DNA from: Bacteroidales bacterium
Lineage (GTDB): Bacteria; Bacteroidota; Bacteroidia; Bacteroidales; JAADJA01
Reading direction: 5' to 3'
Length of the DNA: 59,519 nucleotides
Assembly: GCA_047920975.1 (NCBI GenBank)
Contig: JBLRXC010000004.1
Coordinates: forward strand, 1-59,519
Part shown: positions 19,931 to 29,953 of the stretch, piece after piece
Position numbering within the stretch: the stretch's first letter is position 1
Layout: the number at the start of each line of letters is the position of its first letter
Notes under the pieces: model-generated
What the model was told of the DNA's origin: nothing
The model's database searches: none
Seen by the model: the letters and a program-made list of their open reading frames with translations, nothing else
Made by a program: the position numbers and the translations under genes

Positions 19931-21751
19931 ATGAAAAAACATCTCTCCGATAGGAAATATGTCACATATATGCTCTTCATTCTGGTGGGCGTGTTATTCC
20001 TGTCAAGGTTGTTTTACCTTCAGGTTATTGATCAAAGTTACCTGTTAAGTGCTGAAAATAATGTGCTCAGGCAGAATGTGATTTACCCCAACAGAGGATT
20101 GATCTTCGACAGGAACGGACAACTACTGGTATATGATGAAGCAGCTTATGATCTCATGGTTATACCGGGACAGGTGAGACAAATGGATACTACAGAATTT
20201 TGCCAATTGCTGAACATTACAGATTCTGTTTTCAACCTCCGTCTTACCACTGCCAGAAAATATTCATTCCACAGACCATCAATTTTTATTTCACAGATCA
20301 CCAAGGAGGAGTTTGGGTTTCTCGAGGAAAAACTTTTTAAATACCCCGGTTTTTTTGTTCAATCCCGTTCGCTTCGAAAATACCCCTACCCTATTGCAGC
20401 ACACATTTTTGGATATGTAGGAGAAGTAAACAGCAATGAAATGGCAGAAGACCCATACTACAAAATGGGTGACTATATTGGCAAAAGCGGACTGGAGAAA
20501 TTCTATGAAAAAGAGCTAAGGGGAAAAAAAGGGGTTGAGATTGTAATGGTTGATGTACATAACCGTGAAAAAGGCAGCTACCGGGACGGTAAGTTCGATA
20601 CCATTTCAGAAGCGGGGAAGCACCTTTTCATGTCGCTTGATTATGAACTTCAGGCCTACGGAGAATTATTGATGCAAAACAAAATCGGAAGCATAGTTGC
20701 CATTGAACCTGCTTCAGGAGAAATCCTGGCATTTGTTTCAAGTCCTGGCTATGATCCAAATCTGCTTGTGGGAAGAGTCCGCGGCAAAAATTTTGCTGCA
20801 TTGAACAACGACCCTCTTAAACCCCTTTTCAACAGAGCTGTAATGGGGACATACCCTCCGGGGTCAACCTTTAAAATGGTAAATGCACTTGTCGGACTTC
20901 AGGAGAAAGTCTTAAACGAATTTACATATTATTCCTGTGCAGGAAAGTCCGCAAGTCCGATCAGGTGTTCTCATGCACATACAACACCACTTGCCCTGCA
21001 GGTGGCCATCGAACAATCCTGTAACCCCTATTTCTGGAATGTTTTCCGCAGCATCATGACCAGCTCACGTTATCGCTCTACCAAAGAGGCCTATAATGCA
21101 TGGAGAATGCATGTTTCAAGTTTAGGATTCGGTGTAAAATTCGATACCGATATCCCCTTCGAACTGAATGGGAATATTCCCTCAGCTGATTATTACGACC
21201 GTATTTATACACCCGGGCGCTGGAATTCAATGACCATCCGCTCACTCTCCATCGGACAGGGGGAAATCCTGGTTACACCATTGCAATTAGCCAATATAGC
21301 TGTAATTATTGCCAATAAAGGTCATTATTATCCCCCGCATTTTGTGAGAGCTATTGGTGAAAAGACAAACGAAATTGAATCATATAAACAAAAGGTGGTC
21401 ACTTCCATTGACCCTAAACATTTCATCATTGTCCAGGAGGCCATGCTGGATGTATTTGAGGGCTCACATGGTACAGCGAGATGGTCAAGGCTACCCGGAG
21501 TTGAAGTTTGCGGCAAAACGGGAACTGTTGAGAATCCGCATGGCAAAGACCACTCCATGTTTATCGCTTTTGCTCCAAGGGAAAATCCTCAAATAGCCAT
21601 TTCGGTTATCATTGAGAATGCGGGATTTGGTTCAACATGGGCTGCACCGATCGCATCCCTGATGATTGAAAAGTACCTGAACGATACCATCACCCGGCCT
21701 CACATTGAACAAAGAATGGTGGAGGGTCATTTAATCCCGGATATAAGATGA
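19931..21751 (+). CDS. mrdA: Penicillin-binding protein 2
   Basis: N-terminal TM, RGLIFDRNG, SxxK (PPGSTFK), SxN (QSCN), KTG (GKTGT); adjacent to rodA. Confidence 0.95.
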   Translation: MKKHLSDRKYVTYMLFILVGVLFLSRLFYLQVIDQSYLLSAENNVLRQNVIYPNRGLIFDRNGQLLVYDEAAYDLMVIPGQVRQMDTTEFCQLLNITDSVFNLRLTTARKYSFHRPSIFISQITKEEFGFLEEKLFKYPGFFVQSRSLRKYPYPIAAHIFGYVGEVNSNEMAEDPYYKMGDYIGKSGLEKFYEKELRGKKGVEIVMVDVHNREKGSYRDGKFDTISEAGKHLFMSLDYELQAYGELLMQNKIGSIVAIEPASGEILAFVSSPGYDPNLLVGRVRGKNFAALNNDPLKPLFNRAVMGTYPPGSTFKMVNALVGLQEKVLNEFTYYSCAGKSASPIRCSHAHTTPLALQVAIEQSCNPYFWNVFRSIMTSSRYRSTKEAYNAWRMHVSSLGFGVKFDTDIPFELNGNIPSADYYDRIYTPGRWNSMTIRSLSIGQGEILVTPLQLANIAVIIANKGHYYPPHFVRAIGEKTNEIESYKQKVVTSIDPKHFIIVQEAMLDVFEGSHGTARWSRLPGVEVCGKTGTVENPHGKDHSMFIAFAPRENPQIAISVIIENAGFGSTWAAPIASLMIEKYLNDTITRPHIEQRMVEGHLIPDIR

Positions 21752-23007
21752 GGAATGGATCAAATACATTAAAAAACCTTGATTGGGTTACAATTATGCT
21801 TTTCCTGGTACTTGCTGTTATTGGCTGGGTGAGTGTTTATGCTGCCGTTTACCAGGAAGAACATAGAAGTATTTTCGATATATCCCAAAGTTATGGGAAA
21901 CAACTGCTTTGGATTGCATCAGCCTTTGTCATTGCCATGATCATCCTAATCATTGATGCCAAGTTTTTTTCAGCTTTCGCATACCTCATCTACTTTCTTA
22001 TCATGCTCATGCTGATCACTGTCTTAGCAATAGGAACAGAAATTTCCGGTTCAAAATCCTGGTTTCAGATTGGTGGGTTTTCGGTTCAACCAGCTGAATT
22101 TGCCAAGTTTGCCACTTGTCTTGCCCTCGCAAAATATTTGAGCAGGATGGATATGGACATCCGAAAATTTTCAACCTGGTTCGTCTCCGGATTGATAATC
22201 ATCCTTCCTGTGGCCCTGGTTCTATTGCAGTATGATACCGGATCTGCACTCGTTTTTATTATCCTTGTATTGGTATTGTTCAGGGAGGGGCTTTCACCGG
22301 TTATTCTGATCGGAGGTTTGGCGGCAATTATTCTGTTCGTACTTGCATTGGTTGTAAGCAACATGGTCATTATTCTGTTTATTGTCGCTAATGTTGCATT
22401 GGTGTACTGGCTTTTCAGGGAATTACGCAGTAAATGGTTACGGTTATCCGGGATTGGGCTGTTGGCTATTCTATATGTACTGAGTGTTGATTATGTTTTT
22501 GATAATGTATTGGAGGCTCACCAAAAAACAAGGATAAATGTACTTCTTGGAAAAGAGATAGATTTAAAAGGTGCCGGTTACAACCTACATCAGTCGAAAA
22601 TCGCGATCGGATCAGGAGGATTCAGTGGAAAAGGATTCCTGAAGGGAACCCAAACCAAATACAATTTTGTGCCCGAGCAAAGCACTGATTTCATATTCTG
22701 TACAATCGGTGAAGAATGGGGCTTTCTTGGCAGCTTCATAGTCATTGGGTTGTTTGTAGGATTGTTGAGCCGGATCATTTATTTGGCGGAGCGTCAGCGG
22801 TCATCATTCAGCAGAATTTATGGCTACGGTGTGGCTTCCATCATCTTTTTTCATTTTGCCGTCAACATCGGAATGACGATTGGTCTTTTTCCTGTCATTG
22901 GGATTCCGCTGCCCTTCATATCTTACGGAGGCTCTTCACTCTGGGGATTTACCATCCTGCTTTTCATCTTTTTGCGGCAGGACTCCGTGAGGTTGGAGTT
23001 GCTGTAA
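21748..23007 (+). CDS. rodA: Rod shape-determining SEDS protein RodA
   Basis: QPAEFAK, SKIAIGSGG, VPEQSTDFIF, GEEWGF, PLPFISYGGSS. Confidence 0.95.
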   Translation: MRNGSNTLKNLDWVTIMLFLVLAVIGWVSVYAAVYQEEHRSIFDISQSYGKQLLWIASAFVIAMIILIIDAKFFSAFAYLIYFLIMLMLITVLAIGTEISGSKSWFQIGGFSVQPAEFAKFATCLALAKYLSRMDMDIRKFSTWFVSGLIIILPVALVLLQYDTGSALVFIILVLVLFREGLSPVILIGGLAAIILFVLALVVSNMVIILFIVANVALVYWLFRELRSKWLRLSGIGLLAILYVLSVDYVFDNVLEAHQKTRINVLLGKEIDLKGAGYNLHQSKIAIGSGGFSGKGFLKGTQTKYNFVPEQSTDFIFCTIGEEWGFLGSFIVIGLFVGLLSRIIYLAERQRSSFSRIYGYGVASIIFFHFAVNIGMTIGLFPVIGIPLPFISYGGSSLWGFTILLFIFLRQDSVRLELL

Positions 23008-23020
23008 CGAAAACTGAATG

Positions 23021-24004
23021 CTACCTGTTTCGTTCAATCGTATAATCAACCAACTTTATCAGAGAAGTCTTTGATTCAGAATCATCCAATTCTTTGAGGA
23101 TATTCATTGCCTGTTGGTGATACGCTTCCATCTTTTTTCTTGAATAATCAATACCCCCGCTTTCATTGACCCGGTCAATAACATATTTCACCTTTTCAGG
23201 GTTTGTATTGTGGTTTTTGATGATATGAATAATCTTTCTTTTTTCACTCCATCCAGTGTTATTTAACAGGTAGATAAGGGGCAGGGTCATTTTTTTTTCC
23301 TTGATATCAATACCATTCGGTTTACCTGTTTTCTCAGAACTTTCATAATCGAAGAGATCATCTTTTATTTGAAACGCAATACCAACCTTTTCACCAAACA
23401 GTTTCATCCGGCTTGTCAATCCAGTCGGGGCGCCTGCGGAAGAGGCACCGGCAGCACAACATGATGCGATCAGGGAAGCTGTTTTTTTACGGATGATCTC
23501 AAAATAGATCTCTTCATCCACATCAAGTTTCCGGGCCTTTTCAATCTGCAGCAACTCCCCTTCACTCATTTCGCGGGTTGCATCCGAAACAATCCTGAGG
23601 AGATCAAACTCATTGTTATCAAGCGCAAGCAGCAGGCCTTTTGATAAAAGAAAATCACCTACCAGGACAGCTACTTTATTTTTCCAAAGGGCATTGATCG
23701 AAAAAAAGCCCCTGCGCATATTGGAGTCATCCACAACATCGTCATGCACAAGCGTAGCTGTATGGAGGAGTTCAATCAGGGAAGCGGCTGTATATGTGGA
23801 TTCTTTCACTCCACCGGAAACTTCGGCACTGAGGAAAACAAACATGGGCCGCATCTGCTTTCCTTTACGCCTGATGATATAGCGGGTAATGATATTAAGC
23901 AAAGGCACCGAACTCTTCATCGAAGTCCGGAATTTTTCTTCAAATGCAATAAGGTGCTCATCAATGGGCCGCTTTATTTCATCCAACTTGCTCATAAAAT
24001 CCAT
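23021..24004 (-). CDS. Long-chain polyprenyl diphosphate synthase (IspB-like)
   Basis: GKQMRP, FARM LVHDDVVD..RRG, KTA, SARM FQIKDDLFD. Confidence 0.93.
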   Translation of the reverse strand: MDFMSKLDEIKRPIDEHLIAFEEKFRTSMKSSVPLLNIITRYIIRRKGKQMRPMFVFLSAEVSGGVKESTYTAASLIELLHTATLVHDDVVDDSNMRRGFFSINALWKNKVAVLVGDFLLSKGLLLALDNNEFDLLRIVSDATREMSEGELLQIEKARKLDVDEEIYFEIIRKKTASLIASCCAAGASSAGAPTGLTSRMKLFGEKVGIAFQIKDDLFDYESSEKTGKPNGIDIKEKKMTLPLIYLLNNTGWSEKRKIIHIIKNHNTNPEKVKYVIDRVNESGGIDYSRKKMEAYHQQAMNILKELDDSESKTSLIKLVDYTIERNR

Positions 24005-24238
24005 TCAATCGTACGCCAAAGGTAAAGTAAATTTCACAATAGGATTCCATCTGCAAAAACCTGAAGTGTTTCATGAACAGAGGAAATGAATGAGTTACTG
24101 TTTTGCTCGGCTGTTCAGAGTCAATAGCAAACAGGGTATCCTTGCACACACAATTATTCTATTGTAAGAAGTTAATTGACGGGCCGAAAAACTCATTCAT
24201 TTTTTAAACCTAATTTTGCCAGCTTTAATTCTTTTTCA

Positions 24239-25015
24239 ATGTCAATTCTTTTTGAAGAAATTGTTTTTGGACCTTTAAAAAGTCGCAGATTTGGAGTTTC
24301 TCTGGGAATGAACCTTCTTCCTGCAGGATATAAAAACTGCACCTTTAATTGCATCTATTGTGAATGTGGCTGGACTCAAAAACTCAAAAATGACAAGAAA
24401 AAACTTCCTGCCCGGCATGAAATCTACCGTATGCTCCAAACCCGGCTGATTCAGCTAAAAGAGCAAAATGTCACCCCTGATAATATAACATTTGCAGGCA
24501 ACGGGGAACCAACCATCCATCCTGAATTTTTTGGGATCATTGAAGACACACTCATCCTGCGCGACATCCATTTCCCCAAAACCAGCGTAACGGTTTTATC
24601 AAACGCTTCCCTTATTCACAAACCCAAAGTTTTTGATGCTTTGAATAAAATTGATAACAATGTACTGAAACTTGACACAGCCAATGAAGAAACTTTCATG
24701 CGCATCAACCAGCCTGCACCCGGAATCGACCTTCATACCATCATAAAAAACATCAAAAAATTCAGTGGGAACCAGATTATTCAGACCCTGTTTTTACGGG
24801 GAAATTACAATGACCAACGGATAGACAATACAACGAACGATGAGGTTGATGCCTGGATAGATGTCCTCACGGATATCCGGCCCAGATTTGTGATGATCTA
24901 TCCGATTGACCGGGCTACACCGGCGGGAGGCCTTGAAAAGATAAGCCGTGCGGAACTTGAATCGATTGCGAGAAGGGTCAATGAGGCCGGCATTAAAACA
25001 AAGATTTATGATTAG
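24239..25015 (+). CDS. Radical SAM protein (TYW1-like Fe-S oxidoreductase family)
   Basis: GPLKSRRFGVSLG, CxxxCxxC (CTFNCIYCECG), GNGEPT. ATG 24239 chosen because TAATTTTG lies at 24211-24218. Confidence 0.88.
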   Translation: MSILFEEIVFGPLKSRRFGVSLGMNLLPAGYKNCTFNCIYCECGWTQKLKNDKKKLPARHEIYRMLQTRLIQLKEQNVTPDNITFAGNGEPTIHPEFFGIIEDTLILRDIHFPKTSVTVLSNASLIHKPKVFDALNKIDNNVLKLDTANEETFMRINQPAPGIDLHTIIKNIKKFSGNQIIQTLFLRGNYNDQRIDNTTNDEVDAWIDVLTDIRPRFVMIYPIDRATPAGGLEKISRAELESIARRVNEAGIKTKIYD

Positions 25016-25064
25016 CGGTGCAAATTCCAGGTTTTGTTTATTTTTACAATCAAATTAAATCCGG

Positions 25065-25478
25065 GTGAAAAAAGGACAGTTAACAGAATACCCTGTGAAG
25101 ATACTCCTAGCGTTGGGAGAGGCTATTGATGGTAATGACCAGATATTTTTATGGCTGCTTAAAAACGGATATGCTGAGCTGGCTGCTTTATCAAAAGCCA
25201 TCCGGGGCAGTGAGGAAGCGTTTGACTGGCTGATGAAAAATGGATATCCTCAATTGGCAGCACTCGACATGGCCATTGTTAATGACCAGAAAGCCTGTAT
25301 GTGGCTCACCCAATACGATTTTGAACTTTTGCTGAAGCTTGCGGCTGCAGCCCGGGGTGATAAAACTTCGATCAAATGGTTCGCCCTGCGCGACCTGCAC
25401 ATCTTTATCAGACTGGCCAAGAAAATAAAGAATTTTACCGATAACCAGAAGTTTGACTATCACAAAATGCACTTCTGA
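25065..25478 (+). CDS. Hypothetical protein with about 27-aa helical repeats
   Basis: Repeats WLLKNGYAELAALSKAIRG / WLMKNGYPQLAALDMAIVN / WLTQYDFELLLKLAAAARG. Confidence 0.75.
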   Translation: MKKGQLTEYPVKILLALGEAIDGNDQIFLWLLKNGYAELAALSKAIRGSEEAFDWLMKNGYPQLAALDMAIVNDQKACMWLTQYDFELLLKLAAAARGDKTSIKWFALRDLHIFIRLAKKIKNFTDNQKFDYHKMHF

Positions 25479-25567
25479 TCACCTGCGTTCAATCATCTGA
25501 ATTTTTTGAAATAATCATTATTACAAACCGTTTCTGCCGAAACCAGGCCAATATAATGCGTGGTGTA

Positions 25568-26281
25568 CTATTTTGACAAGAATGAATTCCAGCTGACCCT
25601 CCAGTAAAGCATGAAGGGTATATCTCTGCTGCTTTCATAGCCTGGTTTCCAATTTTCGAACAGATAACCGACACCCAACCCGCCAACGAATGAGCGTTGC
25701 CTGTTTCCTTTCCTGAATGTTTCGCGTAACCACCCCACTGAAATGAAATAGTTTTCAACATAATTACCCGATCCGTAACCTCCATTGACTGCAACACCAT
25801 CGAACTTGATTTTTTCTCTTCGTCCCTGATAGGTCTCGTCAACAAAAATATTTACGCCTCCTGTAAAAGCTATCATGAACTCCTGTAATGAATACTCAGC
25901 AACAGTCAGTCTCTCTCCTGAAACAATTACAGGTTGAAGAGTTGCTCCAACCTCAAGACAAAATTTTTGCAATGGATAAAACCTTAACGGTACATGAACT
26001 AGTCCGCCTCCGCCGAACCCAAATCCAATCGACACAGGGCCCCCGTAATCCCCAAAGGTTACATATTCTGGTTCTTTTGTAATCTTTTCTATCTCGGAAA
26101 ACACAAAGACCAGCTCATTTCTGTCAGCTGTTCTGATTTTTACGCTATCGCCGATTGCCAATTCAAGGATTGTTCCCTTGATTACTGTACCATTTTTTAA
26201 GTAAACGACATCCTGCATTGTCTGGGTGCTCCCAATAGAAAAAATGCAGTAAAACAAAATAACTAAAATCTCTTTTTTCAT
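25568..26281 (-). CDS. Hypothetical exported protein, probable small outer-membrane beta-barrel
   Basis: Signal peptide MKKEILVILF; N-terminal DVVYLKNGTVIKGTI module common in Bacteroidota; alternating Gly/aromatic strands. Confidence 0.7.
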   Translation of the reverse strand: MKKEILVILFYCIFSIGSTQTMQDVVYLKNGTVIKGTILELAIGDSVKIRTADRNELVFVFSEIEKITKEPEYVTFGDYGGPVSIGFGFGGGGLVHVPLRFYPLQKFCLEVGATLQPVIVSGERLTVAEYSLQEFMIAFTGGVNIFVDETYQGRREKIKFDGVAVNGGYGSGNYVENYFISVGWLRETFRKGNRQRSFVGGLGVGYLFENWKPGYESSRDIPFMLYWRVSWNSFLSK

Positions 26282-26740
26282 AACTTTTCTTTTTTTAGCC
26301 GGTTTTCTGCCCATCACCAGTGCTGAAATTTTCCAATCAACCAGGTGCTTAAATTGTGTTAATAATTGGCTTATTTCTTGTCTGATCACGGACAATAAAT
26401 AATTTGATTACTCTATGACAGCAAATTTAGTCAATAATTATTTCTTACGGAAATCAATCCAGATCATAAATAATTAAGAATGCTGAATAAGATTGATCGC
26501 TCTGTTAATGGAAGCTTGGTTTTCGAATCAAGTTGTTTTCAAAAAAATCAAATTTTAGTTCCTGTTTTCAACTTTTGGCCCGCAGATTGTCTCAAATTCA
26601 ATTGACAATCAAATCAGAGAAACGTGTTTGATTTTTTTATAGTTCGCCGATTTACTTTGGGAAGTTTAGAATCATGATACATGCATCAGCGATGCACTTT
26701 CTTTTTTCAACCTTTCTTGAAAAAAAATTAAAAAATTACC

Positions 26741-27534
26741 ATGTCGAAACAAATCAAAAACAACGTTCGGGACTATTACAATGACCATGTAAGGGAGGAA
26801 GATGCACGCCTGGATAAACATCCTTTTGAATTAATAAATACCTTAACCACGGAAGCAATATTTTTGATGTTGCTTGTGGGACAGGACGAATTGCCGAACT
26901 GTTGCTAAATCAAGGCTACTTTTTGGGGCTTAATGATCTTTCAGATAATAATATTAAGCTCGTGAAGCAACGGCTGAGCCATAACCGGAACATACTTTTC
27001 ATCAACCGGTCAGATGCATTGGAGTCTAAAAAATGGAATCATATTATGTGGGATGGGATATTGATTTTAGGACCGCTGTATCATTTAATCAGCAAAAAGA
27101 AGCGACTGGAGGTTCTTAATTTGGCATTCAGACATCTGAAACCAGGAGGTATAGTGTTTTCATCATTTATGACCCGCAGTGGCGCACTGATTTATGGGTT
27201 GAAACACAATCCGGAAGGCGTTCGCTATCCTGACGGGGCAAAAAAACTTTGGGAAACGGGGTCAGATGAGCGTTTTGTCGAAGATACCGAATGGTTTACC
27301 AATGCCTACTTCGTACATCCCGAAGAGGCTAATTCGCTTGTTGAGCAAGCCGGTCTTGAGCCCTTGCACCTGGCAGGAGTTGAAGGGATTTTTGGCGAAC
27401 GGTTTGAATTATACCACGATCTTGATGAGGACTTGCAAAAAGCGTGGATGGAGTTTATCATCCAGCATTGCGAAGACCCGAATATGGTCTGCCTATCCAA
27501 GCATTTGCTGAGTATTTCACGAAAACCGGAATAA
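26741..27534 (+). pseudogene. Class I SAM-dependent methyltransferase, frameshifted near 26830
   Basis: The ATG 26741 frame reads MSKQIKNNVRDYYNDHVREEDARLDKHPFE. The SAM motif I (INKYLNHGSNIFDVACGTGRIA) is in a different frame that opens only after the TGA at 26827-26829 and continues into the 26902 ORF (LGPLYHL, HLKPGG). Confidence 0.8.
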
Positions 27535-27657
27535 ATAAAACCGCAGCAATGAATTGGCTATTTTGAACCGGTTCATTGTAGCAGCAGTAAAGCTGAATTA
27601 CTTTAATCTGAGACAACCAGCGGAATTATGACAGGCGATGGACTGACGAGATATGAA

Positions 27658-28086
27658 TTAATCCAAATGTGCTTCAAGGACTATATTAACTCCTTTAAGG
27701 GCTTTTGATACCGGGCAATTTTCCTTGGCTTCCGTTGCAATTTGCTGAAACTTTTCTTTTTCTATGTCCGTGACATTGACCTTTGTTTTCAGCTTAATCT
27801 CTGTGATGGAGAAAGAATCTCCTGTTTTGGCGAGTATCACCTCAGCGTCAGTTTCAATCATTTCGGGTTTGAAACCTTTCTGATCCAGCGCATGAGCCAG
27901 CGCCATTGAGAAGCAACTTGCATGAGCCGCTCCGATCAATTCCTCAGGGCTTGAGGCATTTTTATCATCTTCAAATCGAGAGGTAAAACTCAGGCTTCCT
28001 TCATAACCGCTTGTTTTCAATCTGTAAGTTCCTTTTCCCTTTACCAGATTTCCTTGCCAGTGTGCATTTGCATAATGTTTACTCAT
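27658..28086 (-). CDS. osmC: OsmC family peroxiredoxin
   Basis: AHWQGNLVKGKG, SRFED, PEELIGAAHASCFSMAL, AKENCPVSKAL. Confidence 0.92.
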   Translation of the reverse strand: MSKHYANAHWQGNLVKGKGTYRLKTSGYEGSLSFTSRFEDDKNASSPEELIGAAHASCFSMALAHALDQKGFKPEMIETDAEVILAKTGDSFSITEIKLKTKVNVTDIEKEKFQQIATEAKENCPVSKALKGVNIVLEAHLD

Positions 28087-28504
28087 AAATAATTGTTTTT
28101 TTTCGATGATTAAAATATTTGTAAAGAACGCTTTAAACTCATGCCAAGTATACAATGAATGAATCCTTTAGACCAAAACAGGAGAAATGTATCTCCTATT
28201 CGATATAATGCTTTTGTTTTGTATTGTCACAGCCCACCAATGAAAGGCCTCAAAATCATCAATATTGCCACCGAAGTATCACTAGTTGGCCTGAATAAAA
28301 AAACTGACTAAAGTAAAAAAAGAACCTTGGATGACAATGCGATGGTTTCTGGTTGAAGAATGTCGGGAGCAGGCGGATGGAAAACCATGAGCAGACAAAG
28401 GAGTCAGGTAAGGCAAATTATCCGGGTTATTGTCCTGCCGTTCTATGCAATGATTGACCTCTGAATGAAGTTTTCTATATTTGCCAACTTATTTTACACA
28501 CGTA

Positions 28505-29953
28505 GTGAAAAAAATATACTGGTTGATCATAAAGTCCTATTTAGGCCCGCTGGTGATGACCTTTTTCATTGCCCTTTTCATCCTGTTGATGCAGTTTCTC
28601 TGGAAATACATTGACGACCTTGTGGGAAAAGGGCTTGAATGGTATATAATTGCGGAACTCCTTTTTTATGCCTCCTCTACCTTTGTGCCGCTCGCATTGC
28701 CTTTGGCTATTTTACTCTCCTCACTGATGACTTTCGGTAACCTGGGCGAAAATTATGAACTTGTCGCAATGAAAGCTGCAGGTATATCACTTCGCAAGGT
28801 CATGATGCCACTGATGACCTTATCCATCATCATCAGTCTGATTGCATTCTATTTTTCGAATAATGTGCTCCCGGTAGCCAACCTTAAGTTCAAGTCACTG
28901 CTCTACGATGTAAGACAGCAAAAACTGGCACTCGATATCAAAGAAGGAATCTTTTACACCGGGATTGAGGGATTTGTAATCAGGGTTGGAAAAAAGGAAA
29001 AAGATGAGCAGACCATCAGGGATATTCTGATCTACGATCACCGTGAAAAAAAAGGAAATGTTAATGTCACGCTTGCTGATTCAGGGCGGATGGAACTTGC
29101 CCCTGATGGAAGATCACTCAGCTTTATTTTGTATGATGGGTATAACTATACTGAAAAAACAGACCAGCGGAATTACCGTGAAAATATCCCTTTTCAAAGA
29201 ACTAAATTCAAAGAGAATTATAAAAAATTTAATATCGTTGATTTTGAGATGACCCGGACCAATGAGGATCTTTTTAAAAGCAACTATTCAATGCTCAACC
29301 TGCGACAACTCAGAATGGCAGAGGATTCTCTGATAACCGGCATGCAAAGCAGAAAAGATGAACTACCTGCACAACTGTTCAGGAGTTTTACATTTTACAG
29401 TTCAGTAGATTCGGCAGGCCTTGCAACTTATGAACCTGCAAAATCATACGCAACAAACCTGATTGGGGAATACAATACCGGCGATCGATTGGAAATAGTT
29501 GAAGATGCCCTGCAACGGTCGCGCCGACTCCGCGAGAGTACCGGTTACTTTCAAAGTGAATTCAAGAGCAGATCGGAATTGATCTATAAACATCAGGCTG
29601 AATGGCACCGTAAATTTACACTTTCAGTGGCCTGCTTTGTATTGTTTTTTGTAGGTGCTCCCCTCGGAGCAATTATCCGGAAAGGAGGCCTCGGCATGCC
29701 CGTAGTGGTTTCTGTTCTGTTTTTTGTACTGTTTCACATCATCTCCATTACCGGTGAAAAATCGGTGAAATCCGGGTTTGTTGATGCCCATATTGGCATG
29801 TGGATCGCACCGGTAGTATTATTTCCACTCGGACTATTCCTGACCTTTAAAGCGACCACAGATTCTCCGTTACTGGATGCCGATGCATGGGTTAACTTAT
29901 TTAAAAAGATATTCCTAAAAAAGCGACCGGATGAAGGTTCTGTTTCTGTGTAA
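28505..29953 (+). CDS. LptF/LptG family LPS export permease
   Basis: FLWKYIDDLVGKGL, GENYELVAMKAAGISL, EWHRKF, GAPLGAIIRKGG. GTG start chosen; TATATTTG at 28476-28483. Confidence 0.9.
   Translation: MKKIYWLIIKSYLGPLVMTFFIALFILLMQFLWKYIDDLVGKGLEWYIIAELLFYASSTFVPLALPLAILLSSLMTFGNLGENYELVAMKAAGISLRKVMMPLMTLSIIISLIAFYFSNNVLPVANLKFKSLLYDVRQQKLALDIKEGIFYTGIEGFVIRVGKKEKDEQTIRDILIYDHREKKGNVNVTLADSGRMELAPDGRSLSFILYDGYNYTEKTDQRNYRENIPFQRTKFKENYKKFNIVDFEMTRTNEDLFKSNYSMLNLRQLRMAEDSLITGMQSRKDELPAQLFRSFTFYSSVDSAGLATYEPAKSYATNLIGEYNTGDRLEIVEDALQRSRRLRESTGYFQSEFKSRSELIYKHQAEWHRKFTLSVACFVLFFVGAPLGAIIRKGGLGMPVVVSVLFFVLFHIISITGEKSVKSGFVDAHIGMWIAPVVLFPLGLFLTFKATTDSPLLDADAWVNLFKKIFLKKRPDEGSVSV

Noticed and set aside
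26820-26835. Programmed frameshift or selenocysteine readthrough in the methyltransferase
   Set aside because: The TGA is not in the frame of the upstream ATG, there is no canonical X XXY YYZ slippery site or clear stimulatory hairpin, and a deletion is the simpler explanation.
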